Assembly (NCBI GenBank): GCA_041737535.1
Contig: JBGSRO010000107.1
Span: forward strand, 6,399-70,398
Direction: 5' to 3'
Source: Pirellulales bacterium
Lineage (GTDB): Bacteria; Planctomycetota; Planctomycetia; Pirellulales; Lacipirellulaceae
DNA: 64,000 nt
Under the pieces are notes generated by a model. It was not told the DNA's origin. It saw only the letters and a list, made by a program, of their open reading frames with translations, and did no database searches. Made by a program: the position numbers and the translations under genes. This document shows, piece after piece, positions 12,643 through 21,519 of the stretch (its first letter is position 1; each line of letters begins with the position of its first letter).

Positions 12643-12749
12643 CCGAACAAGCATTTAAGTTACCTTCGGGCGTTCCGAAGTGCGGCGTTTTCCAAGGGGG
12701 TTTTCCGGTACATACCGGAAAACTCTCGGCAAATTGGGAGACCTGCACA

Positions 12750-13982
12750 ATGGCACGACCGAAGAAACTCATTCCAGACTACCGTAAGCATCGGGGGAGC
12801 GGCCAAGCGGTCGTTACCATCGCTGGCCGCGATCACTACCTAGGACCGCACGGCACCCAAGTCAGCAAGAACGAGTATGATCGGCTGATTGGCGAATGGC
12901 TCCAGAACGGCAGGCAACTGCCCGGATCGCCCGAGAGTGATTCGACAATCACGGTCGCCGAAATGGTGCTCGCGTACCTGAATCACGCTGAGGCGTACTA
13001 TCGGAAGAATGGCCAGCCGACTTCCGAAGTGGTCGACGTGAAGCTGTCGATGCGGCCGTTGCTCGAATTGTACTCTCGGCACCTGGTAAGCGACTTCGGC
13101 CCCATCGCCCTCAAGGCCGTTCGTCAACGGATGGTCGAAGGTGGTCTGTCGCGGGGCGTCACCAATCAGCGGATCGGTCGAATCAAGCGAGCGTTCAAGT
13201 GGGCTGTGAGTTGCGAGTTGATCCCCGAGACCATCGCCCGCGCGCTCGAATCGGTTGACGGGCTCAAGCAGGGACGCACAGAGGCCCGCGAGACTTCGCC
13301 TATCCTGCCCGTAGATGACAAGGCTGTCGATGCCACGCTGCCTCACCTGCCCGAAGTGGTGGCCGATATGGTCCGATTGCAGCGAGCTACCGGGATGCGT
13401 CCCGGCGAAGTCTGCGCGATCCGGCCATGCGACATTGATCGCTCGGGCGACGTTTGGACCTACACGCCAGCGAGCCACAAAACCCAACACCACGGCCGAA
13501 CTCGAACCATCGCCATCGGGCCGAAGGGCCAAGCGGTGTTGCTCAAGTATCTGGCCCGCGATCCGGCGATGCATTGCTTTCGACCGGTCGACAGTGAAGC
13601 CAAGCGGCTGGCAGAATTGGAAGCGAACCGAAAGACCCCGCCGAGTTGCGGCAACCGGCGCGGCACAAACCGTAAGGCCAAACCCAAAACAGTGCCGGGG
13701 AAGTTCTATACCCACCGGAGCTACGCGAGGGCCATCTACCGCGCGTGCGATCGAGCATTCCCCGCACCGAAGGGCACAGCAGGCGATGACCTCAAGGCGT
13801 GGCAGAAGTCGCACCGCTGGGCACCGAACCGACTGAGGCACTCGGCCGCAACGGAGATTCGCCAGCGGTTCGGATTGGAAGCGGCGCAGGTGACCCTCGG
13901 CCATGCTTCGGCTCAAGTGACGCAGGTTTACGCCGAGCGAGACCTGTCGAAAGCGGTGGAAGTTGCAAGGGCGATCGGTTAG
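12750..13982 (+). CDS. int: Tyrosine-type site-specific integrase
   Basis: C-terminal catalytic-domain motifs (RLRHSAATEIRQRFG...LGHAS..VTQVYAERD, giving R...HxxR...Y). Immediately downstream of tRNA-Phe. Confidence 0.85.
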   Translation: MARPKKLIPDYRKHRGSGQAVVTIAGRDHYLGPHGTQVSKNEYDRLIGEWLQNGRQLPGSPESDSTITVAEMVLAYLNHAEAYYRKNGQPTSEVVDVKLSMRPLLELYSRHLVSDFGPIALKAVRQRMVEGGLSRGVTNQRIGRIKRAFKWAVSCELIPETIARALESVDGLKQGRTEARETSPILPVDDKAVDATLPHLPEVVADMVRLQRATGMRPGEVCAIRPCDIDRSGDVWTYTPASHKTQHHGRTRTIAIGPKGQAVLLKYLARDPAMHCFRPVDSEAKRLAELEANRKTPPSCGNRRGTNRKAKPKTVPGKFYTHRSYARAIYRACDRAFPAPKGTAGDDLKAWQKSHRWAPNRLRHSAATEIRQRFGLEAAQVTLGHASAQVTQVYAERDLSKAVEVARAIG

Positions 13983-14347
13983 TTTCGTTTGCAGTAGCCG
14001 GGCAGCAAATAAAGTTGCTCGGCTACTATTGACAGACAATAAAACGTCAGTAAGATTCGGTGCAGTCGCAAGGAAGAGCGACGCGGCGTCATTCGTGTAG
14101 GTTAGATGGGACTCGCTAAGGCGAGGCAAAACACCACGACGCAGACGCGGGATTGTTTCGAGCCTGCGGGCGGCATGATGCGTAGCGAAACAACAGCTCC
14201 AAGCCGAAGCACCCGTCGGCGAGGATCGAGTGTAGGGGAAGCCGGGGTACTTCTAAGGCCCACCGCTCCGGCTAGCGCCAGCAGCTTTCAACATCGAAAC
14301 TGCCGCTAGCTCCCCTGCATATTCTATCGGGTCTAGCGGCACCACTC

Positions 14348-14650
14348 TTGGGCCTTGCCATGACCGCCGAAATTGTACCGGGTGAAAAACTCTACCCACT
14401 GGCCGACGCAATTGAGAAAGCGACCGGCTATCGTCCCTCACCGTCGACCGTGTGGAGATGGAAGCTCCGCAAGGGCTTGCCATTCGTTTTGGTAGGAGCG
14501 ATCCCGCGCACATCGGTCGAAGCTGTCCACCGCTGGAATGAAGCGGCCACCGCCGCCGATCGTGGCGAGTCGCCGAAGGCCCGCACGAATCGCCAGCGTG
14601 AAGCGGGCATTGCGAAGGCCGAGCGTGCGCTGGCCGAAGCCGGTATCTGA
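14348..14650 (+). CDS. Small DNA-binding protein, possible excisionase/AlpA-like
   Basis: 100 aa. Putative HTH (STVWRWKLRKGLPFVLV). Lies directly after the integrase. Function inferred from position and motif only. Confidence 0.4.
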   Translation: MGLAMTAEIVPGEKLYPLADAIEKATGYRPSPSTVWRWKLRKGLPFVLVGAIPRTSVEAVHRWNEAATAADRGESPKARTNRQREAGIAKAERALAEAGI

Positions 14651-14744
14651 GAGTATCGCCGCCGAACCGGCAGGTGCGCGCGGCGCGCACCTGCCCGAGA
14701 GTAACCGCATTACCCCCGCTCCCCCAACAAACGCGACGCCCCCC

Positions 14745-15317
14745 ATGAACGATGAATTACAAGTCGTGATAAGCGAGAATCGACAGCAAGCGGCCGAGGA
14801 AGTTCTGAATCGCTTTCCGCAATGGAGCGACCGCCGTATCGCTAAGCTGTGCGGACTCTCGCCGACGACCATCAGAAAAGTTCGGCGTCGCTCGGCCGCT
14901 GCGTTGGCAGGCGCGCGCGGCGCGCGCCTGACCTCAGACGAGCCCGCAAAGCGAATCGGCGCGGATGGCAAGTCCTACCCGGCGACGACAACTAATCAAA
15001 AGAAAATGTCCGGTTTGCCCAGTTGCGCGCGAGGAAAGGACGAAAGCGAACCGAAGATAGAAGGGCATTTTAAGCCAACAAAGGAAAGCAGCGTGCAACA
15101 AGAAACAAACAAAGTGCCAAAAACGCCAGCGTTTGCGTCTGGCGAAACGTGGTTGACGATGGCGGAAGTAGTTGAGCGATGGCGAAGCTCCGCGCCGACC
15201 ATTCGCGCGATGGCCGCTCGCGGACGGATCAAAATGATTCGGCTTCTCGACAGGTCGCCGCGCATCGCGCTCTCTTCGGTGTTGGCCATCGAAAACGAAA
15301 CGATCGGCGATGACTGA
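14745..15317 (+). CDS. Island protein with two helix-turn-helix motifs (putative regulator)
   Basis: HTH-like SDRRIAKLCGLSPTTIRKVRRR and C-terminal LTMAEVVERWRSSAPTIRAMAARGRI. Start moved to the internal ATG at 14745; the track ORF begins at 14538. Confidence 0.45.
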   Translation: MNDELQVVISENRQQAAEEVLNRFPQWSDRRIAKLCGLSPTTIRKVRRRSAAALAGARGARLTSDEPAKRIGADGKSYPATTTNQKKMSGLPSCARGKDESEPKIEGHFKPTKESSVQQETNKVPKTPAFASGETWLTMAEVVERWRSSAPTIRAMAARGRIKMIRLLDRSPRIALSSVLAIENETIGDD

Positions 15318-15479
15318 GCCCGTCAAAACCATCGGCGATCTACTGCGCGAGCAGGCGCGAGAGCGTGAAGCCGAGCTGCAAACGAGCGACGGCCGCCGTG
15401 CTGAACGGACTGGCAGGACGCGCGAGGAAATCGAGCGAGACAGAATCCGAGACTCACTGAAAATCATGCGAGTGCCCCA

Positions 15480-16124
15480 GTGACGAACTGCAAAATTATC
15501 GAGCCCGACCTGAAAGAAAATCCCATCGTCTGTGGCGAAGAGGGCGACGGCATCGCGATGGGCGACCGAACGGCCGACGGGTTCGTGAGTCTGGAACTTC
15601 GGGGCTGTATCGACGAGGACTTGGCCGAGACCTTGGAGCAATGGAGCTGGCAACTCGCCAACCATGAAAAACGACGCGGCGGGATACTCTGGCTCGATTG
15701 CTGTGGTGCGGTGCTGACTCCCAAGCTGGTGCAAGCTATCAGTCACTTGATCGACGCGCACAACCGGGGCATACCGGTGTTTTGCGTTGTCGAGCGTGCG
15801 CTTGGCGGGTCGATGCTGCTCTCGACTGCGTGCTCCGAATCGTGGTCGCTTCCACTCGCGACCTTCGGTGGCTTTGTGTTCTCGCCACGCACTGGCGCGG
15901 TGGTGAATCGCAGGGAGTTCACCGGATCGGCCAATGCGTCGGTCCAATATCTGGAGCTGCTCACACCGGGAGCAAACTTGCGCAATCTCGACACCGTGTT
16001 TTCGGCCGAAGTGGCCGAAGCTCGCGGCTTGGTCGAATGCATTCGCAGCGACATTGCGACCGCCGACGATGCGATCGACTCGCTGCGAGAGTTCGTAGCT
16101 GACCACCCAAGTTTTCTTTTGTAA
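15480..16124 (+). CDS. Hypothetical protein, possible ClpP/crotonase-fold
   Basis: Segment GGILWLDCCGAVLTPKLVQAISHLIDAHN...VFCVVERALGGSMLLSTAC loosely resembles ClpP/S49-fold peptidases. Weak call. Confidence 0.3.
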   Translation: MTNCKIIEPDLKENPIVCGEEGDGIAMGDRTADGFVSLELRGCIDEDLAETLEQWSWQLANHEKRRGGILWLDCCGAVLTPKLVQAISHLIDAHNRGIPVFCVVERALGGSMLLSTACSESWSLPLATFGGFVFSPRTGAVVNRREFTGSANASVQYLELLTPGANLRNLDTVFSAEVAEARGLVECIRSDIATADDAIDSLREFVADHPSFLL

Positions 16125-16135
16125 TCGGAGTTGAG

Positions 16136-16525
16136 TTGATGATTGATTTTGATGCTGAACTGACGAACCGCAAAAACGCCATCGCCGCCGCGTGCATCGG
16201 GGCGGACGATGCGTTCATCATGGCCGCCATCGCCGCTGGGACTTCGGCCGAGGATGCGAGCCGACAATGGCAACAGAAGCTGATTGCCGAACGTGACAAA
16301 GCGACCACGGCCGCCGCCGCCAAGCAGCGCGGAACGCAGCTCACGGCTGGCGTACCCGGTGTCGACAGCGAAGAGGACTACGGCGCGATCGTCAAAGGCT
16401 TCATGGCGAAGGGCATGACTCGTTCGCAAGCCTGCCACAAGGCGGCGAAGCAGTACCCCGAAGCTCACGCGGCATTCGTTGCGAGCTGCCCCGCTCCGAC
16501 TCGCAAAAGCAAGTCACGGTCGTAG
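16136..16525 (+). CDS. Hypothetical island protein
   Basis: 129-aa Ala-rich ORF in an operon-like array. No recognisable motif. Confidence 0.3.
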   Translation: MMIDFDAELTNRKNAIAAACIGADDAFIMAAIAAGTSAEDASRQWQQKLIAERDKATTAAAAKQRGTQLTAGVPGVDSEEDYGAIVKGFMAKGMTRSQACHKAAKQYPEAHAAFVASCPAPTRKSKSRS

Positions 16526-16598
16526 TTCTTGGGTTGGGCCGGTGCGGTGGGATGGCTCCGGCCGCGCCGGTCCTTTTTTTCTTTGCGAGACTCACGCG

Positions 16599-17528
16599 AT
16601 GATGAGCGGCAAACTATTCGCGATTGCTCCCGGCCGAGCTTCCGATGCGGCACTGGCCGAGCCTGAGAATAGCTACTCAAGCTATCGAGTTGGCGGTTTG
16701 ACTGTTGTCGAAGTCGAGGGCGTGCTTGACGGCGCGATCACGAACCGCTTGCGGCGCGACGTGTTGCAAAGTGAACGAGACGAGTCGGTCACAGAGCGGA
16801 TCATTCTTTTTGATTCACCGGGCGGGTCGACCGACGGCAACGACGACTTAGCGGCCACGATCCGCGCGAGCCGAGAAGTGAAACCAATCACAGCCATCGT
16901 GCCATCGGTGGCAGCGAGTGCTGCGTACAACCTTGCCGCGAGCTGCTTGCGAATAGTTGCCAGCCCGGCCGCGAGCGTTGGTTCGATCGGCGTCTTTAGC
17001 GTGCTGGTTGACAGTAGTGAACAAGCGGCGTTGCTTGGCTTGCGAGTAATCGTCGTGCGAAGCGGCCGCTTCAAGGGCCTCGGCATTCCGGGCGTCGAGG
17101 TGACGCCCGAGCAAATTGAAAATCTACAGCGAACGGTCGACGGTCACGCGAGACTATTTCTCGCCAGCGTCGCGAAGGGCCGACGCATGGCGACCGGCAG
17201 ACTACAGGAGCTTGCCGACGGCTCGATGTACATGGCGAGTGAAGCGAAGGCCAACGGCTTAATCGACGAAGTGAAATCCGCTCACGACTATCTTGAAGAA
17301 CGAATCGAGTACCACACAGGGCAGGCGCGCGCGGCGCGCGCCTCGTGGCTGTCACAACCACGCGCGAAAGTCATAGAGGCTTATAGCGAAGCCGTGGCAA
17401 AAGAAACCGGCCGGAGTCTTCCACTCACGTCGGTCGAGCTGCGACGTTCGTTGGTCGACAGTCGTGAAGAGTATCGCGAGCTTGCAGAAGCATTCCACAA
17501 ATTGACTCGTAGCCACTCCGGAGCTTGA
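16599..17528 (+). CDS. S49-family serine peptidase (SppA / phage prohead protease-like)
   Basis: Motifs ILFDSPGGS, catalytic-Ser region VAASAAYNLAAS, C-terminal ...ASEAKANGLIDEV. Start at the internal ATG (MMSGKLF); the track ORF begins at 16479. Confidence 0.7.
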   Translation: MMSGKLFAIAPGRASDAALAEPENSYSSYRVGGLTVVEVEGVLDGAITNRLRRDVLQSERDESVTERIILFDSPGGSTDGNDDLAATIRASREVKPITAIVPSVAASAAYNLAASCLRIVASPAASVGSIGVFSVLVDSSEQAALLGLRVIVVRSGRFKGLGIPGVEVTPEQIENLQRTVDGHARLFLASVAKGRRMATGRLQELADGSMYMASEAKANGLIDEVKSAHDYLEERIEYHTGQARAARASWLSQPRAKVIEAYSEAVAKETGRSLPLTSVELRRSLVDSREEYRELAEAFHKLTRSHSGA

Positions 17529-17529
17529 A

Positions 17530-18423
17530 GTGACCACACCACTCGAAACGGCGAAAGCCAAACTGGCCAGTCGGCGAGCCGACTCACTCGGCGACATACT
17601 CGCTTTTGAAGAAATCCTACAGTCGCTCGACGGCAAATGGCGGATTTTGCCGGTCGATGAGCGAGCCATTGGCATGGCCGCTGGCGAGCTGAGTACCGAC
17701 TCTCGCGAAGATCGGCGTCGGTTGAGCGTCGCACTCAAGCGGCTCGATAGTGAGGCCGAGTTGCGTCGGCAGTACGGCACGGCCGAAGAGCGCGAAGCGA
17801 CGGTTCGCCGTTTGGAATCACAGCAGGCCGACTACGCTCGCGCAAAACAGTTTGCCGACGAATCCATCGCCGGAATCTTGCGTGCTCTCGCAGTCGAAGA
17901 GGGGAAGCTCGCGGCCATTCGCCAACGGCGGCAAGCGACGGTACAGGCACGGCAGAGCTTGCTAAGCCTTGCCCGCACGAAGCCGTGGCTCCATCGCATG
18001 AGCCAAGCCAGCTCGCTGCCGAAGCCGGAAGAGCTGGCCGCGCTGGAGCAGCAATCGCTACAGTTCAGGGACTTCTTGCGTTCCAAAGAGCAACTGCAAA
18101 AAGACCCGGCGATCCTCGCGCGAATCTACCCGGACCTCGTGACCGAGCGGGACGCACTCAAGCGGTCGTTGTTCGGCTGGGCGTTTGACCCCTACCAATC
18201 GCCGCCGTTGCGAGCTCCCGATCGACCCGCGAAGGGCTGGGTTATCGACGGCGAGCGACTCGCGATTGCGCGCCAAGCAATCACTGCTGAGTTGGTTAAG
18301 ATTGAAAGCCAGATCGCGGAGATAGGGGCCGCATGGCGTGGCGAGTTGGCCGACGGCGACCTGCTAGAACAGTGGGTAGAGCATGGGCTCCAAGGGCTGG
18401 TAGGCAACGCAGATGCGACGTGA
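17530..18423 (+). CDS. Hypothetical coiled-coil protein (island)
   Basis: 297 aa, begins 2 nt after the S49 peptidase stop. Helical and charged, with no motif I recognise. Confidence 0.4.
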   Translation: MTTPLETAKAKLASRRADSLGDILAFEEILQSLDGKWRILPVDERAIGMAAGELSTDSREDRRRLSVALKRLDSEAELRRQYGTAEEREATVRRLESQQADYARAKQFADESIAGILRALAVEEGKLAAIRQRRQATVQARQSLLSLARTKPWLHRMSQASSLPKPEELAALEQQSLQFRDFLRSKEQLQKDPAILARIYPDLVTERDALKRSLFGWAFDPYQSPPLRAPDRPAKGWVIDGERLAIARQAITAELVKIESQIAEIGAAWRGELADGDLLEQWVEHGLQGLVGNADAT

Positions 18424-18609
18424 GCAGGCAACCGCTGCGGCAGGCGCGCGCGGCGCGCGCCTGCCCGAGAGCGACGCCAGCGAGCCCTCAGCCCCCCCCT
18501 TTGGGTCCTTCCCGGGGGCCACCCGGGGTGAGGCTTTGCCCGCGATCTTGTGATATTTCCTCTCAGACGACTCCAAACTCCAAGTAAGTAAGCGGCAACT
18601 TGAGGCATC

Positions 18610-18894
18610 ATGTCAGACTTACCCAGCACCACCGCAGAGCAATTCGGAGAGCAGGTCGCCGCTCTGGATGATGCAATGCTCGCCACGCTGGAGCTGCCCG
18701 CGCTGGAGCCCGTGCGGCGGCACGTTCGCCGCTTGTTCGCGTGTCGGTACACAGGCGACTTGGGGAGTGACCTGTTGCTTAGCCAAGCTGCCGACTCGGC
18801 CGCTCGCGTCGCCTGTTGCTACGCGAGTGGCGACGCGAGCCGATGCGGTCGAGCCTTTACCTGCCCACACTGGGCGACCTGTTTGCCGTGCTAA
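18610..18894 (+). CDS. Hypothetical small protein (island)
   Basis: 94-aa ORF with good start context. No recognisable motif. Confidence 0.3.
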   Translation: MSDLPSTTAEQFGEQVAALDDAMLATLELPALEPVRRHVRRLFACRYTGDLGSDLLLSQAADSAARVACCYASGDASRCGRAFTCPHWATCLPC

Positions 18895-18911
18895 TAGACG
18901 AACGATAACCG

Positions 18912-19223
18912 ATGGGTGCTGACCTCAACTTAGTGTTCGCGGAGAAGGGCGCGGCAGGCGTGCTCCGGCAGCTCGCTTCGCTCAAGAGCGAAGCCAAGAA
19001 TGCGGGCAAAGAGATTGCCGCCCAGAACGCGGCCATCTCTAAGTCACAAAAGGAAATCGAACGCGCCTACCAGCAAACGCTCTCGCCAATCCAAAAGCTG
19101 GAGAATCAAGCCAAGTCGCTCGCCGCCGCGATCAAAGACACGAAGCTGCCAGACTTCGACCGTCGCAAGGCCGAGGCGGCGCTCGATGGTCGGAAGCATC
19201 GGAACGATTTACCCGCACGCTGA
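18912..19223 (+). CDS. Coiled-coil protein, possibly scaffold-like (island)
   Basis: 103 aa, Lys/Glu/Ala-rich heptad-like sequence (KSEAKNAGKEIAAQNAAISKSQKEIERAYQQ). Confidence 0.4.
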   Translation: MGADLNLVFAEKGAAGVLRQLASLKSEAKNAGKEIAAQNAAISKSQKEIERAYQQTLSPIQKLENQAKSLAAAIKDTKLPDFDRRKAEAALDGRKHRNDLPAR

Positions 19224-19551
19224 GTACAGCAAGCAACTCGAAACGGCTGGCATCGCGGTGACAGTTTTCACGAATTCCGACTCGCCGCGCAAGTCGCATG
19301 GCTCGCCTTACAAGGCGCTGGACGAATCGAGCCGATCGACATTGCAAGAATTCGTCGACAGCTATGGTCGACCATTCATCGAGGACGTTTCGAGGTATCG
19401 CGGAGTCGACGTTGACAAAGTCGTTTCGGACTACGGCGGCGGCGATGCACTCCGCGCGTCGGTCGCCATCAATAAGGGCGTGGTCGATCGCATCGTGCGC
19501 GACTTCGACGATACAATCAGCCGCATGATTCAAACCACCACGACGAGCTAA
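19186..19551 (+). pseudogene. Truncated S49-peptidase C-terminal fragment (paralog of 16599..17528)
   Basis: AGIAVTVFTNSDSPRKSHGSPY.../...LQEFVDSYGRPFIEDVSRYRGVDVDKV...GGGDALRASVAINKGVVDRIV parallels the C-terminal half of the upstream S49 protein. It lacks the catalytic Ser motif. Confidence 0.45.
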
Positions 19552-20213
19552 AAACCGAGGCGGCCATCGTCACACTTGCCGCTGGTATCCGCGGCTGGCG
19601 AAAAATGATCGACGGTCACAACCTTTGGTGGGCCAAGCTCAATGCCGAGCTGGAGCACATGGGCGAACGGCTCACAGAATTGCAGACACTTCGCGATCGG
19701 ATCATCGAGGAACTCGAAAGCGATCCGGCCGATTGGTGGAAAGATCAATAGCAACTGCGCGCGGCGCGCAGTTGAAAACCCGCTAGAAAACGAGGAGACG
19801 AACCAACAAAAAAATGAGCGACGCTGACATAGCCCCCTTTTGGGCAGAGAACGGAATAGAAGCGGCGATCCGGCTGAGGGGTTACACCCGTCGAAGCGAA
19901 CAACGTTGCGAAACGAGTGAAGCAATCGCGCGAGTAGGGGCACGCTGACAACTCCAGCCCCTAAGCGAACCGTACGACAGTCGTGGAGTGAATCGGGAAG
20001 TGCGACTGAATAAACAAAGTGCCCGAGCAAGTCGACGGCTGGCTCCGAAGTTTGCCATTTTCTTGCTCAACTCCATCTTCGGATGGAGTTGCTGCGCTCG
20101 GGCTTCACCAAAGTTTGCCGAAGGCAAACGAGCATTCGGTACAGCGCATAAAGAGAGCCGGTCAGGACGCTGACAAGGCTCCACCTGACCGGCTCAATAT
20201 TCAAGCTGCTTGA

Positions 20214-20552
20214 ATGATACGAACAACGCGCGAGGCTGTCCAGCATTGGGCGTTCGTCTGGTCGAGCATGATGCGAAAGGATTGCACCGCTTCGCAGATC
20301 GCCATGTTCGCCGCTGAGCGACAGCAACAGCTCAAGCCAGCAGCGAAGGAACGGCAACGCGAAGGTGGCAAGACTGCTGGGCGTGGTCGCCCAAAGCAAG
20401 ACGAAAAGGTTCCGGCAGCGTTGCCGGAACCTAAAGAGACTCGCGACCAAGCCGCCGAGCAATTTGGCATCGGTGCCCGCACGGTCAACAAGGCGGCGAA
20501 CGTCTTAGAGGGGGGCTGCGAGCGAAATACGGTCTCCGCATTTGCGCCCTAA
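20214..20552 (+). CDS. Putative HTH DNA-binding protein (island)
   Basis: C-terminal AAEQFGIGARTVNKAANVLE resembles an HTH recognition helix. Confidence 0.35.
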   Translation: MIRTTREAVQHWAFVWSSMMRKDCTASQIAMFAAERQQQLKPAAKERQREGGKTAGRGRPKQDEKVPAALPEPKETRDQAAEQFGIGARTVNKAANVLEGGCERNTVSAFAP

Positions 20553-20697
20553 CGAGCGCCGACGACCTAACCCGACTACTGAGACCCTGGAAGCGGTCCC
20601 CGTTTGAGACCAACGCGCAACCGCAACCATTGGTACTTGTACCATTAGTTGCTGGAAGCGGTCCCCATTTGAGACCGAAGCACGCAACGCGGCTGTC

Positions 20698-20961
20698 ATG
20701 CGACTTTGGTTGCAGTGCTACACCGCTGAAGAGATTGCATCGCGAGTTGGAATGCCACGCAGTTCGATCGAGTCGCTATTCCCGAGAATCCGCAATTACG
20801 AAATCTCGGGAATACCCGGTATTTTCACAGAGGATGAACCACCCGACTCGGCAACAGCAAGCGACCAAAAAAGCGGAGTTGACACCCGCGCGAATCACGG
20901 CACAATGAGCGTCGGCTGGCGAGAGCCTGAAAAACTCTCACTGGCGACACTTCTAGACTGA
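20698..20961 (+). CDS. Putative HTH protein (island)
   Basis: YTAEEIASRVGMPRSSIESL is a sigma-region-4/resolvase-like HTH. Confidence 0.35.
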   Translation: MRLWLQCYTAEEIASRVGMPRSSIESLFPRIRNYEISGIPGIFTEDEPPDSATASDQKSGVDTRANHGTMSVGWREPEKLSLATLLD

Positions 20962-21124
20962 GGAATTCTGAAAATGTATTTCCGAGCGAACAAGCCCGGT
21001 AGCGCGTGCGCACCCCCAAGCGATAACCCCGGAAGCGGGATAGCGAGGCTGCGCGGCAGGGACTCAGTCCCCTGTTTTTCAACGTCGCTATCGGGCTTGT
21101 TCGCGTTTTGGAAAGGGCTCCCCG

Positions 21125-21517
21125 ATGGTATGCCTAGCAGTCCCCGTATTCGGTGGTCGCGTTCCTATCGACCGATCGCTACCGAAGCTCCGCCAAGCAC
21201 ACGATCAATTCGATAACGACAACTTGCCCGGCTGTGCCGTGCTGTTGCGTGAAGCGATCCGCCTGCACTTGATCGCGGTTGCCGAGTTCTACAACGTCAA
21301 ACCCGACCGACCGCAACACCCGGCAAACTTGCTCGCACAGCTAGCCGAAGCGAAAGCGCTCAAGAGTGGGCCGGTTCATTGGTTCCGCGAAATCTTATTC
21401 ACCTGCCGACGTGTTCTGCGATGCGCGGACGTTTCGGCGCAAGCAATGGAGTTCTGCCTCGCGTTCGCTTACGAGAACATCGACGCCAATCACCAACACT
21501 TCGGGGAAAGGGTTTAG
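21125..21517 (+). CDS. Hypothetical protein (island)
   Basis: 130-aa ORF that ends 2 nt before the recombinase start. Confidence 0.3.
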   Translation: MVCLAVPVFGGRVPIDRSLPKLRQAHDQFDNDNLPGCAVLLREAIRLHLIAVAEFYNVKPDRPQHPANLLAQLAEAKALKSGPVHWFREILFTCRRVLRCADVSAQAMEFCLAFAYENIDANHQHFGERV

Positions 21518-21519
21518 CC

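Noticed and set aside
12840-14129. 429-aa minus-strand ORF
   Set aside because: Antisense to the tyrosine integrase. R/S-rich low-complexity translation.
14934-16106. 390-aa minus-strand ORF
   Set aside because: Overlaps two + strand island genes that carry HTH and ClpP-like motifs. Its translation is Arg/Ser-rich, typical of antisense frames in GC-rich DNA.
19548-20030. 160-aa minus-strand ORF in the island
   Set aside because: No motifs. It overlaps a plausible + strand small ORF and the palindromic repeat. Likely non-coding.
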